From positions 9,300,001 to 9,364,000 of the forward strand of contig JBHGNT010000004.1 of the NCBI GenBank assembly GCA_043228905.1: a stretch of DNA of 64,000 nt, given 5' to 3'. Under the pieces are notes generated by a model. It did not search any database, had not been told where the DNA came from, and saw only the letters and a program-made list of their open reading frames with translations. Position 1 is the stretch's first letter. Each line of letters begins with the position of its first letter. This document shows, one piece after another, positions 35,639 to 50,200 of this stretch. Both the position numbers and the translations under genes were made by a program. The DNA comes from Azolla caroliniana (taxonomy: Eukaryota > Plantae > Polypodiophyta).

Positions 35639-38600
35639 TGTTGGAAGCAATGTCGTCAGTGCGGAAGATCTTGAAGCACTCGATTCCTGTTTATTCCCTG
35701 CGTATGACAGAATGTAGGTCGTTGCACAGAGAGGGAGAGAGAGAGAGGCACAAAAGAGTTTCTTATTTCATAAAGCAACAATACAACAACCAACCTCACA
35801 AAGAGGTTACAAGGTCACTATATATAGTGACCGACTTAGGGCAACTACCCTTTATGCTAATTACATAAATGGCCAAAACGGGATGGTGTGAATACGTCCA
35901 TTATACACATGTATTCGACATTCCCCCGTAATGGGCGTATACATGGGTTATCTAAGATTACAGGTATAGACTTAGGTTCTCGGACATATCAGCTTTGTTC
36001 GAGTCGGCAGGATCCGAAGACAGAAGACCGAACTGGTCGGGTCGGAACAGTTGAAGCCGATCATTAAGGAGCTGATGTCGGTTGTCGGGAACCATCCTGC
36101 TCTGTGTCCGGCTCTAACCGGACTGGTTTGTCGTTACGCCCATCTGATGCCGAAGAGACCGAAAACGGTCTGCCGAGAGACATTTGGTCATTCCATCTGC
36201 GACATTATCGGTTGTGGATATTTTCTCTAGACCGATTTTCCCTGAAATGACGCAGTCCCGAACGAAGTGATATCGAACGTCGATATGTTTGGAGGCGTTG
36301 TGGTGAACCGGATTTTTCGACAAGGCAACAGCACCTTGACTGTCGCTGTAGACAACTGGAGCCGAGTCATGGTCGACTTGTCGAAACGTGTGCGCCAGCC
36401 GACCGAGCCACAAAGCTTCTTTTGCTGCGTCGGACGCAGCTACATATTCTGCTTCGGTCGTTGAGGTCGCTGTGCACTCCTGAAGTTTCGACTTCCACGA
36501 GATTGCTCCATTGCCGAATTTGAAGCAGTATCCGGTTGTTGATTTCCGACTGTCTATACAGCCGCCGAAGTCCGAGTCGGTGTAGCCGACTACGCCTGAG
36601 GTTCGGTTCGGTCCGAAAAGAATGCCATGGTCTTTTGTGCCAGCCAGATATCTGAACACATGCTTGACTGCGTTCCAATGCGATCGGCCAGGATTGTGCA
36701 TAAATCTGCTAACGACTCCTACGGCGTGAGAAATATCAGGCCGTGTCGCGACCATCAGGTACATAAGGGAGCCGACTGCCGGTGCATACGGTACCGACTT
36801 CATATCTTCCCCCTCCGGCCGGATGTCGGGCAGTCTCGCTGAGAGAGCCGAAGATTCATGGGGAGCGGGGTTGAAGCAGATTTGGCTGATTGCATGTTGA
36901 AGCGTTCCAAGACACGTCCGATATAGTCGGTCTGAGACAAAAAAAGATGTCGTTTATCGCGATGCCGACTAATCTTCATGCCAAGGATGTGTCGTGCCGG
37001 ACCGAGGTCCTTCATGGCAAACTTCAACCGCAGTTGCCGAACGAGATCGGCAAGTTCGCCCGCGTGGCGTCCAGAAATTAGCATGTCGTCCACGTAAATG
37101 ATGAGGAAGATGGGTGATCCATCTCGAGCTGTGTTAGTGAAGAGACAATGGTCCTCATCGCTTTTGGAGAAGCCGATTGATTGGATGAAGTCGTCGAACT
37201 TCTTGTACCATTGTCGCGGTGCCTGTTTGAGGCCGTATAGACTCTTCCTGAGTCGGCAGACTAGATGTTCTTGGCCAGTTGCCACGAAGCCTTTTGGCTG
37301 CTCCATATAAATTTCCTCCTCGAGATCACCATGGAGGAAGGCTGTTTTGACATCTAGCTGAATCAGCTCCAAGTTGTCGGCTGCCACGACGCCGAGCAGA
37401 AAACGAAGGGTTGTCATTTTCACCACTGGTGAAAAAATCTCGTCGAAGTCGACGCCATATTCTTGTCGGAAGCCCTTCGCAACTAATCTGGCCTTGTACT
37501 TTGGGGTGGTCGAATCAGACGTCTCTTTTAGTCGATAAACCCACTTGCAAGGAAGAGCACGTCGGTTCCTAGGTAATTCGACCAGATCCCAAGTCTTGTT
37601 TGCCCGGATGGAGTGCATTTCCGACTCCATCGCCAGATGCCAGGTGGCCGAATCGACAGATGTCGATGCTTCTTCGTAAGACGTCGGTTCGCCGGCGTCG
37701 GTGAAGAAAATTCCAGGAGAATACCTCTCCGGAGGTTGCGACAGTCTCTCGGATCGTCGAGGTATGATTGGACTGGTCGCATCGGGTATCGAGGTCGGAT
37801 GGTCCGAAACCGAAACATTCGGCTGTGCCGAGTCGGAGTTGTCCGAGTCGGTAGTATAAGGTTCAGCTACCCGTGAAGCTGACCGTGTGTTGAGAGCGGG
37901 GCCTTCTTGAAGGGTCGGCACATCGGAGAATGTTACCCTTCGGACTTCGATCGGTTTGTCGACTGATGGATTCATAGCCGACTCGTTGAACACAACGTCC
38001 GAACTTCGAACGATTTGTCTGCGTTCGGGGTCCCAGAGTCGGTATCCCATTTCGCCGTCTGATCCATATCCAAGGAAAATGCATTTCCTGGACCGAGGTG
38101 CAAGTTTTCGGCGATCATCTTTCGGAATGAGGGCGTACGCCTCGCATCCGAAGATCCTCAGCTTGTCGTAATTCGGCTTACTGCCGATCCATAGTTCCTG
38201 AGGAATTTGAAGTCCTAGAGGTCTACTTGGCGACATATTGATTATGTGTACTGCCGTGAGTAGAGCCTCTGCCCAGAAGCCATCCGACAGTCCGGAGTGT
38301 TGGAGCATGGAAACTATCCTTTCTTGGATTGTCCGATTCATTCGTTCGGCAATCCCGTTTTGCTCCGGACTGTGTGGTGCCGTAAATTCACGTCGGATGC
38401 CGCGTTGTCGGCAGAATTTGACGAATTCATCGGATTTGAACTCTCCCCCATTGTCTGTCCGAAGGCATTTCAGCTTTCGGTCGGTTTGATTTTCTACCAT
38501 AGCGAGCCAATCGGTGAAGATCGAGAAGACACGATCTTTGGTGCGAATTGGATAAGCCCACACCTTTCGAGTCGAATCGTCAATAAAAGTGACGAAGTAA

Positions 38601-41600
38601 GAGGCACCGCCTAGAGACTGATGCGGCATTGGGCCACGATTCGGATGCACCTATCGGAATCGGTATACTTTACGGTGCAATCGTGTACGACAGCATTCGA
38701 ACTGTGGAAAACACTGTCGGACACTTACGAAAAGAAGGTCGCCGCAACGAAGATGTTTCTGATCCGGCGCCTCTACAACTTGCGGATGAAAGAATCTGAT
38801 TCGGTCCAAGCACACCTCAATGAGTACGAAAGCATAAGCTCCCAAATCTCGTCACAGGGGACGGCAATCGAGGATGAACTCAGAGCAATGATACTCATGA
38901 GCAGCCTTCCCCCATCATGGGAAACTTTCGTCACCTGTTAAATACTCCGAAGTCACGAGCGCAATCCTGACCGAAGCAGCTCGGAGAAAGTCTTTCGCCA
39001 AAGACTCAACAGACGACGCCTACGTAGTACAAGGTTCGACAGACCGATCGAACATACGAGGACGAGATTCCTCACGGCCGCCGAACAATCAGCGAAGACG
39101 GAGCCAGTCACGGGATAACCGAATCTGCAACTATTGCAAGCAACCCGGACACATCAAAGCCGACTGCCGCGCACTCAAGAACAAGAACAACAAGAAGAGT
39201 GGCCGGCATGAGGAGATCAATTACGTCAGCATCTCGGCTGATGTACTACCGGACGACCCGAATATACTGTCAATCGAAAATCCAGTCGGATCCGAAGTTC
39301 TGCTCACGACTGAAGAATCGAGCACATGGCTCTTGGATTCGGGCGCGTCATTTCATGTGACTCCTCATCGGTCCCAATTTCGGCAATATACGATCCGTCA
39401 CTCCGACTCAGTTCGGGTCGGCAACTCACAACACTGTGACATCATCGGAATCGGCACAGTAGAGCTCAACCTTGCAGGTGGCTCTACACTTGTACTCCAC
39501 AATGTCCGACATGTACCCGAGCTCTCAAGGCCATTGATCTCAGTCGGACAACTAGATGAAGACGGCATTCGTGCCGGTTTTTCTTCGGGAGGGTGGACAC
39601 TCCACAGGGGGAACCTCCTGCTTGCTAGAGGACCCAAGATACACTCACTGTATCCGTTACATGTTACGCTCAGAGAGGGTAACCTGTTTTTGGTGGATAT
39701 TCCTGTGTCATCATTATGGCACCGAAGATTAGGACACCTCAGCAAGGCCGGCATCACGCACCTATCTAGCGCCGGATACATCCCCAAACTCTCCTTCTCG
39801 GACCATCAATTCTGCGAGCATTGCCAGTATGGCAAACAAGTAGCCGCATCACACCCGACATCAGCACCAAGAGAAACGAGACCTCTCGATTTAGTCCATT
39901 CGGACGTCTGTGGCCCAATGCCGCATCAGTCTCTAGGCGGTGCCTCTTACTTCGTCACTTTTATTGACGANNNNNNNNNNNNNNNNNNNNNNNNNNNNNN
40001 NNNNNNNNNNNNNNNNNNNNNNNNNNNNNNNNNNNNNNNNNNNNNNNNNNNNNNNNNNNNNNNNNNNNNNAACGACGCCTACGTAGTACAAGGTTCGACA
40101 GACCGATCGAACATACGAGGACGAGATTCCTCACGGCCGCCGAACAATCAGCGAAGACGGAGCCAGTCACGGGATAACCGAATCTGCAACTATTGCAAGC
40201 AACCCGGACACATCAAAGCCGACTGCCGCGCACTCAAGAACAAGAACAACAAGAAGAGTGGCCGGCATGAGGAGATCAATTACGTCAGCATCTCGGCTGA
40301 TGTACTACCGGACGACCCGAATATACTGTCAATCGAAAATCCAGTCGGATCCGAAGTTCTGCTCACGACTGAAGAATCGAGCACATGGCTCTTGGATTCG
40401 GGCGCGTCATTTCATGTGACTCCTCATCGGTCCCAATTTCGGCAATATACGATCCGTCACTCCGACTCAGTTCGGGTCGGCAACTCACAACACTGTGACA
40501 TCATCGGAATCGGCACAGTAGAGCTCAACCTTGCAGGTGGCTCTACACTTGTACTCCACAATGTCCGACATGTACCCGAGCTCTCAAGGCCATTGATCTC
40601 AGTCGGACAACTAGATGAAGACGGCATTCGTGCGGTTTTCTTCGGGAGGGTGGACACTCCACAGGGGGAACCTCCTGCTTGCTAGAGGACCCAAGATACA
40701 CTCACTGTATCCGTTACATGTTACGCTCAGAGAGGGTAACCTGTTTTTGGTGGATATTCCTGTGTCATCATTATGGCACCGAAGATTAGGACACCTCAAC
40801 AAGGCCGGCATCACGCACCTATCTAGCGCCGGATACATCCCAAACTCTCCTTCTCGGACCATCAATTCTGCGAGCATTGCCAGTATGGCAAACAAGTAGC
40901 CGCATCACACCCGACATCAGCACCAAGAGAAACGAGACCTCTCGATTTAGTCCATTCGGACGTCTGTGGCCCAATGCCGCATCAGTCTCTAGGCGGTGCC
41001 TCTTACTTCGTCACTTTTATTGACGATTCGACTCGAAAGGTGTGGGCTTATCCAATTCGCACCAAAGATCGTGTCTTCTCGATCTTCACCGATTGGCTCG
41101 CTATGTAGAAAATCAAACCGACCGAAAGCTGAAATGCCTTCGGACAGACAATGGGGGAGAGTTCAAATCCGATGAATTCGTCAAATTCTGCCGACAACGC
41201 GGCATCCGACGTGAATTTACGGCACCACACAGTCCGGAGCAAAACGGGATTGCCGAACGAATGAATCGGACAATCCAAGAAAGGATAGTTTCCATGCTCC
41301 AACACTCCGGACTGTCGGATGGCTTCTGGGCAGAGGCTCTACTCACGGCAGTACACATAATCAATATGTCGCCAAGTAGACCTCTAGGACTTCAAATTCC
41401 TCAGGAACTATGGATCGGCAGTAAGCCGAATTACGACAAGCTGAGGATCTTCGGATGCGAGGCGTACGCCCTCATTCCGAAAGATGATCGCCGAAAACTT
41501 GCACCTCGGTCCAGGAAATGCATTTTCCTTGGATATGGATCAGACGGCGAAATGGGATACCAACTCTGGGACCCCGAACGCAGACAAATCGTTCGAAGTT

Positions 41601-43962
41601 CGGACGTTGTGTTCAACGAGTCGGCTATGAATCCATCAGTCGACAAACCGATCGAAGTCCGAAGGGTAACATTCTCCGATGTGCCGACCCTTCAAGAAGG
41701 CCCCGCTCTCAACACACGGTCAGCTTCACGGGTAGCTGAACCTTATACTACCGACTCGGACAACTCCGACTCGGCACAGCCGAATGTTTCGGTTTCGGAC
41801 CATCCGACCTCGATACCCGATGCGACCAGTCCAATCATACCTCGACGATCCGAGAGACTGTCGCAACCTCCGGAGAGGTATTCTCCTGGAATTTTCTTCA
41901 CCGACGCCGGCGAACCGACGTCTTACGAAGAAGCATCGACATCTGTCGATTCGGCCACCTGGCATCTGGCGATGGAGTCGGAAATGCACTCCATCCGGGC
42001 AAACAAGACTTGGGATCTGGTCGAATTACCTAGGAACCGACGTGCTCTTCCTTGCAAGTGGGTTTATCGACTAAAAGAGACGTCTGATTCGACCACCCCA
42101 AAGTACAAGGCCAGATTAGTTGCGAAGGGCTTCCGACAAGAATATGGCGTCGACTTCGACGAGATTTTTTCACCAGTGGTGAAAATGACAACCCTTCGTT
42201 TTCTGCTCGGCGTCGTGGCAGCCGACAACTTGGAGCTGATTCAGCTAGATGTCAAAACAGCCTTCCTCCATGGTGATCTCGAGGAGGAAATTTATATGGA
42301 GCAGCCAAAAGGCTTCGTGGCAACTGGCCAAGAACATCTAGTCTGCCGACTCAGGAAGAGTCTATACGGCCTCAAACAGGCACCGCGACAATGGTACAAG
42401 AAGTTCGACGACTTCATCCAATCAATCGGCTTCTCCAAAAGCGATGAGGACCATTGTCTCTTCACTAACACAGCTCGAGATGGATCACCCATCTTCCTCA
42501 TCATTTACGTGGACGACATGCTAATTTCTGGACGCCACGCGGGCGAACTTGCCGATCTCGTTCGGCAACTGCAGTTGAAGTTTGCCATGAAGGACCTCGG
42601 TCCGGCACGACACATCCTTGGCATGAAGATTAGTCGGCATCGCGATAAACGACATCTTTTTTTGTCTCAGACCGACTATATCGGACGTGTCTTGGAACGC
42701 TTCAACATGCAATCAGCCAAATCTGCTTCAACCCCGCTCCCCATGAATCTTCGGCTCTCTCAGCGAGACTGCCCGACATCCGGCCGGAGGGGGAAGATAT
42801 GAAGTCGGTACCGTATGCACCGGCAGTCGGCTCCCTTATGTACCTGATGGTCGCGACACGGCCTGATATTTCTCACGCCGTAGGAGTCGTTAGCAGATTT
42901 ATGCACAATCCTGGCCGATCGCATTGGAACGCAGTCAAGCATGTGTTCAGATATCTGGCTGGCACAAAAGACCATGGCATTCTTTTCGGTCCGAACCGAA
43001 CCTCAGGCGTAGTCGGCTACACCGACTCGGACTTCGGCGGCTGTATAGACAGTCGGAAATCAACAACCGGATACTGCTTCAAATTCGGCAATGGAGCAAT
43101 CTCGTGGAAGTCGAAACTTCAGGAGTGCACAGCGACCTCAACGACCGAAGCAGAATATGTAGCTGCGTCCGACGCAGCAAAAGAAGCTTTGTGGCTCGGT
43201 CGGCTGGCGCACACGTTTCGACAAGTCGACCATGACTCGGCTCCAGTTGTCTACAGCGACAGTCAAGGTGCTGTTGCCTTGTCGAAAAATCCGGTTCACC
43301 ACAACGCCTCCAAACATATCGACGTTCGATATCACTTCGTTCAGGACTGCGTCATTTCAGGGAAAATTGGTCTAGAGAAAATATCCACAACCGATAATGT
43401 CGCAGATGGAATGACCAAGTGTCTTTCGGCAGACCGTTTTCGGTCTCTTCGGCATTAGATGGGCGTAACGACAAATCAGTCCGGTTAGAGCCGGACACAG
43501 AGCAGGATGGTTCCCGACAACCGACATCAGCTCCTTAATGATCGGCTTCAACTGTTCCGACCCGACCAGTTCGGTCTTCTGTCTTCGGATCCTGCCGACT
43601 CGAACAAAGCTGATATGTCCGAGAACCTAAGTCTATACCTGTAATCTTAGATAACCCATGTATACGCCCATTACGGGGGAGTGTCGAATACATGTGTATA
43701 ATGGACGTATTCACACCATCCCGTTTTGGCCATTTATGTAATTAGCATAAAGGGTAGTTGCCCTAAGTCGGTCACTATATATAGTGACCTTGTAACCTCT
43801 TTGTGAGGTTGGTTGTTGTATTATTGCTTTGTGAAATAAAGAGTCTTTTGTGTCTCTCTCTCTCTCTCTCTCTGTGCAACGACCTACATTCTGTCATACG
43901 CAGGGAATAAACAGGAATCGAGTGCTTCAAGATCTTCCGCACTGACGACATTGCTTCCAACA
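35639..43962. mobile_element. Copia-2: rearranged locus of the copia-1 family. A minus-strand 3' half (35639-38637) is fused to a plus-strand gag-to-3'LTR segment (38633-43962)
   Basis: LTRs 35639-35920 (-) and 43682-43962 (+); GCCAC microhomology at the junction; no TSD and no 5' LTR. Confidence 0.88.
39971..40070. other. Assembly gap (100 N) with ~960 bp duplicated on either side
   Basis: N run; ~39010-39970 is repeated at 40071-~41025. Confidence 0.95.
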
Positions 43963-46900
43963 GTAGGAGCACAGGGGCAGTGGTGAATGTGTGTTTGAGA
44001 GAGTCAGACGCATTTTATGCTGCCAAGGTCCATAGAAAGGGAGTACCTTTGTGCGTGAGGGCGATAAGAGGATGGGCTAGAGTGGAAAACCCCTGGATGA
44101 AGTGATGGTAAAAATTGGCGAAGCCGAGGAAGGATTGTACATCTTTAAGTCAAGTTGGAGTCACCCACTCCCGAATGACCCCGAATGACGGAAACCTTCT
44201 TCATATCCATTGTGATGCCATTGGGCGAGATGATGTAGCCCAAGAATTCAATCGAGGTATGGTCAAACTCGCATTTCTCACTTTTGGCATAAAGGCCGTG
44301 CTCCCAAAGTTTTGCAAGAACTAATTGGACTTGATGGGTGTGCTCTGCCATGTTTGGCGAGAAAATGAGAATATCATCCAGGTAGATAACCACAAAATGA
44401 TCGAGATATTCCTGAAATATATCGTTCATCATATGTTGAAAAACAATTGGGGCATTAGTAAGACCGAAAGGCATTACCTTATATTCGAAATGCCCATATC
44501 GTGTTTGTAAGGCGGTTTTCCATTCATCATCGGGCTTGACGCGGACGAAATTGTACACACCACGCAGATAAACTTTCGAGAAGACACGCATAGCGCGGAA
44601 TCGGTCGAGCAGTTCGGGGATCAGATAACTGTTGTGCACAGTGAGTTTGTTTAGACCCCAAATAGTCTACACATAAGCGTAGAGAGCCGTCCTTCTTCTT
44701 CATGAATAATATGGGGGCCCCGACCAACGACTTAGAAGGTTGAATAAATGTTTTCGCGAGGTTCTCATCGAGATACACTCAAAGGGACTTTAGCTCTCCT
44801 ACAGACAATGCATATAGAGAACCAAAGGGTGGTGGACACACGCCTTCTTGAAGATCGATGGGATAGTCGTAGAGCCGGTGTTCAGGCAAACGATCTGCAT
44901 TACGTTTCTCAAATACATTGGAGAAGTCTTTATACTTGTCAGGAATAGCGTGCAGTGTGTTAGAAGTAGCTCCACAAATGGCGAGTGGGTGATGAACTAA
45001 GGGTGGAGTAGCCGAGTCGGGATCAACTGTCTCCGAAGGATGTGAAATGGAATTGGCCTTCATAGTTGTGCGCGAGCATCCTGGCTCATTAAATGTGATC
45101 GAGCGATTGCACCAATCCAATATTGGATTGTGCCACGATAGTCCTAAGATGATCGCATGCCGAGAGGATGCAATGAGGTTAAAGGGGAGCTCCTCCTAGT
45201 GGGAGCCCACACGAAGCCCTAATGGGATTGTAATCTTGGTAATTGCTCTTGATGAGAGGACACACCCATCAATGGCTTCAATAGGAATGGGTTTTGAGAG
45301 GCATACGGCGGGGCGGGTAACTCATGTGCTTGGGTGAATGCGACATCGATGAGGCAAGAAGACGCTCTAGAATTAAGTAAAGTGAGAGACTGAATGGAAC
45401 TGGAATTAAAAGAAGGCATACCTCCAATGTGAAATTGCCTGATGTTCTAGCAATGGAACCACGAGAATGTGGATGACGGTGTCACGTTATTAAGCGCGTG
45501 CGTGGAGAACGAGTCGGGACCACGGGGGCCTTGGACCGAGAAATAACCGAACGAGAAGAGGGGAAGGAAACTACCAATATACTCCGCACGCACACAGACA
45601 CACAGATTCATAGGAGTTGCAACTAACTCCAAACAATGGAGATAGAATGAATGTATGCGTATATACATATATATAAAGGGGTTACAACTAGCAAACCGAC
45701 GAGTGATAGGGCGTTCCGCGGAGCAGAGTCAGCCTCCCGAAACCTGCATAGAACGACTATGGAGAAGACAGAGGAGAAGAGCTCGGTTCCCGTCCGGCAA
45801 TACTTCCTCGTCCCCAAAACGTGATACCCCCCCCCCCATTTTACAATACCTCTCCCTCTTTTATAGCCCAAGGAGGGAGGCCGTTACTACCCATTACATC
45901 ATGTTTATTCCTTGTCCTTTCGGATAGGGATACGCCTCGATTTTCTCCCTAATGAATGCGTGCTACCTAGGATTTCACCTCAGTTGACTTGTACCTATCT
46001 ACGTACTATACAACAAAACCTGTGCCCACGTGAAAGGGCCGGTTTACCCACGTTATACCCAGTTTCCGCCTAGGGACGATTTTCTCTGAGACATCCGCCG
46101 CAGCGGTATGCACCAAAATTAGACTTCTTGCCGGAGAAGTCCGGCCCACGCTTATCCTTTGTCTTCCGGATCGACATCCATTCTGAGCCGGTCATTGTCG
46201 TCATCCAAGTTGTCTAGGTCCGGTTCAGCCTTGTGCCGCTTTTTGAATGCTTTGATCCTTTTCCCCGCCACCGGTACCACCATCCTTGTCTCGTCGAGCT
46301 CCACGAGATGGTAGGTCCCATTGTCGTTGGCGCTTGTCACCACATAAGGCCCCACCTTCTTGCAAACTTACACACCGCCTTGTGCTGATTGTCGAGGTTG
46401 CTGTCGTACACCAGCACCCAGTCACCTTCCTCGATCTTCCTTGGCCTCAGTCGGTGAGTCCGGTCAAACCGTCCTTTGTTCTTTACCCTCGCCACCCGTA
46501 GCTTCTCTGCGCCTCGGTTCACGTCCTCCGGTCTTTGCTCCAGCTACTGAATCCGCAACTCCTCCCAGCTCATCTCAGCTTTCCAGTCCACCGTGGCCGA
46601 TGAGGAGATTGTTTGCTCCATTGGTATGATCGGCTTCTGCTCGTACATTAGCTCTACCGACATGAACCCGGTTACCGGCGTAGTTCGGTCCGCCCACAAC
46701 GCATAGGGTAAGAGCCGCGGCCAGTTCCCGACTTGGCCTCCACATGCCCGTACTAACGCTTTGACGATCGGCCCGTGTCCGCGTTCCACCTTCCCGTTAG
46801 CCTCCAGATTGTACACTGTGGTGAGCGAGAGTTTAATCCCTAGCCGGTCAAACAGCTCTTCCGCCTCTTGCGCGTCCAATTCTCCGAGGTCGGCCACGAT

Positions 46901-47253
46901 CTTACCTTCGCACCCGTACCGGCATACCACTTCTTCGATCAGAAATCGACACACGACCGCGGTCGTTTTGTTTTGCAATGCTCAACCTTCCACCTGGTTC
47001 ATCAGGTCCTCCCGAGCCAGCACCAGATACCGCATCTGCCCTACCCCCATCGACATCGTCACCAGATCCACCAGCCACTTAAAGTAGACGGTCGGAGGGT
47101 AGGTCGGGTGAAGCTCGTCCCGATGTCGGACTATGGAGTGCACCTGACAGCTTTCGCAAGTCGTCACGAACCAATGCACGTCCCGGTATAGTCTCGGCCA
47201 CTAGTACTTTCCCTTTAGCTTCTCGAATGTGGCCCACGTCCTGCGGTGTCCGG

Positions 47254-50200
47254 TGTCGAATACATGTGTATAATGGACGTATTCACACCATCCCGTTTTG
47301 GCCATTTATGTAATTAGCATAAAGGGTAGTTGCCCTAAGTCGGTCACTATATATAGTGACCTTGTAACCTTTTTGTGAGGTTGGGTGTTGTATTATTGCT
47401 TTGTGAAATAAAGAGTCTTTTGTGTCTCTCTCTCTCTCTCTCTCTCTCTGTGCAACGACCTACATTCTGTCATACGCAGGGAATAAACAGGAATCGAGTG
47501 CTTCAAGATCTTCCGCACTGACGACATTGCTTACAACATCTGGTATCAGAGCCTGCACAGTAGTCGGTCCTTCAATCCGCTGTCGGCCGTCGTCTCTGCA
47601 TTCGGTTTCCTGCGTCATTCGAAGAAAGAGAGAAGAAGAACAAAAACGAGGTTTGCACCTCATCGCGTTAGATCCCCTTGCTTGGAGTAAGCCAGCAGGT
47701 TGTACTCTGTCCCTTGTGATCGTAACCGCTCAAGGTGAAATCCCCTTGTGCAACTTTGACAACAACCCAAATTCGTGCTTCATCTGGCTGATCGACATTC
47801 GGGAGGATCAGTCGGATCCGTCTCTCTCGTCGCTGCAGTCACCCGAAGCCGAATCGGTCCAGATAATCGGTTTCAATAATCGGTATTCGGCATATATATC
47901 CGAAGCGAACCGGGCTCACTCCGACTCGGCGACATTCGGGAAGACCAGTCGGTTCTGTCCCTCAGGTTACCGTAGTCAATTCGAGCAAGTTCAACAATAC
48001 ATATATCCGAAGCCGAACCGACTCGGGTTCAAATCCGACTAGAACGATATCGGGTGAGCCAACAGGCTGCACTCCAACAAGATTCGTAGTCAACTCCGAA
48101 CCGAGCTTCGTCAACCGAAACCAAATTTGATGGCATCAACATCCGGCTCGTCAGAAATGAGTCTACGAAAGTTCGATGGATCGAACTTTAACTTCTGGAA
48201 GGAGCAAATGCAGGACTATCTCATAGTCAAGGGGCAAATCAATCCCATCGAAAATGAAGAACCTCCAGAAGGATACAAACCAATTGAGTGGCAGAAGCTG
48301 GACAGAATCGTCCGCGCCACGATTCGGATGCACCTATCGGAATCGGTATACTTTACGGTGCAATCATGTACGACAGCATTCGAACTGTGGAAAACACTGT
48401 CGGACACTTACGAAAAGAAGGTCGCCGCAACGAAGATGTTTCTGATCCGGCGCCTCTACAACTTGCGGATGAAAGAATCCGATTCGGTCCAAGCACACCT
48501 CAATGAGTACGAAAGCATAAGCTCCCAAATCTCGTCACAGGGGACGGCAATCGAGGATGAACTCAGAGCAATGATACTCATGAGCAGCCTTCCCCCATCA
48601 TGGGAAACTTTCGTCACAACCGTGTGCAACGCGTCAACCACGGCTGTTAAATACTCCGAAGTCACGAGCGCAATCCTGACCGAAGCAGCTCGGAGAAAGT
48701 CTTTCGCCAAAGACTCAACAGACGACGCTTACGTAGTACAAGGTTCGACAGACCGATCGAACATACGAGGAAGAGATTCCTCACGGCCGCCGAACAATCA
48801 GCGAAGACGGAGCCAGTCACGGGATAACCGAATCCGCAACTATTGCAAGAAACCCGGACACATCAAAGCCGACTGCCGCGCACTCAAGAACAAGAACAAC
48901 AAGAAGAGTGGCCGGCATGAGGAGATCAATTACGTCAGCTTCTCAGCTGATGTACTACCGGACGACCCGAATATACTATCAATAGAAAATCCAGTCGGAT
49001 CAGAAGTTCTACTCACGACTGAAGAATCGAGCACATGGCTCTTGGATTCGGGCGCGTCATTTCACGTGACTCCTCATCGATCCCAATTTCGGCAATATAC
49101 GATCCGTCACTCCGACTCAGTTCGAGTCGGCAACTCACAACACTGTGACATCGTCGGAATCGGCACAGTAGAGCTCAACCTTGCAGGGGGCTCTACACTT
49201 GTACTCCACAATGTCCGACATGTACCCGAGCTCACAAGGCCATTGATCTCAGTCGGACAACTAGATGAAGACGGCATTCGTGCCGGTTTTTCTTCGGGAG
49301 GGTGGACACTCCACAGGGGGAACCTCCTGCTTGCTAGAGGACCCAAGATACACTCACTGTATCCGTTACATGTTACGCTCAGAGAGGGTAACCTGTTTTT
49401 GGTGGATATTCCTGTGTCATCATTATGGCACCGAAGATTAGGACACCTCAGCAAGGCCGGCATCACGCACCTATCTAGCGCCGGATACATCCCCAAACTC
49501 TCCTTCTCGGACCATCAATTCTGCGAGCATTGCCAGTATGGCAAACAAGTAGCCACATCACACCCGACATCAGCACCAAAAGAAACGAGACCTCTCGATT
49601 TAGTCCATTCGGACGTCTGTGGCCCAATGCCGAATCAGTCTCTAGGCGGTGCCTCTTACTTCGTCACTTTTATTGACGATTCGACTCGAAAGGTGTGGGC
49701 TTATCCAATTCGCACCAAAGATCGTGTCTTCTCGATCTTCACCGATTGGCTCGCTATGGTAGAAAATCAAACCGACCGAAAGCTGAAATGCCTTCGGACC
49801 GATAATGGGGGAGAGTTCAAATCCGACGAATTCGTCAAATTCTGCCGACAACGCGGCATCCGACGTGAATTTACGGCACCACACAGTCCGGAGCAAAACG
49901 GGATTGCAGAACGAATGAATCGGACAATCCAAGAACGGATAGTTTCCATGCTCCAACACTCCCGACTGTCGGATGGCTTCTGGGCAGAGGCTCTACTCAC
50001 GGCAGTACACATAATCAATATGTCGCCAAGTAGACCTCTAGGACTTCAAATTCCTCAGGAATTATGGATCGGCAGCAAGCCGAATTATGACAAGCTGAGG
50101 ATCTTCGGATGCGAGGCGTACGCCCTTATTCCGAAAGATAATCGCCGAAAACTTGCACCTCGGTCCAGGAAATGCATTTTCCTTGGATATGGATCAGACG

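Noticed and set aside
39010-41025. Tandem duplication of the copia gag-protease region
   Set aside because: The copies abut a 100-N gap and the second has 1-bp indels typical of contig ends. Most likely an unmerged contig overlap.
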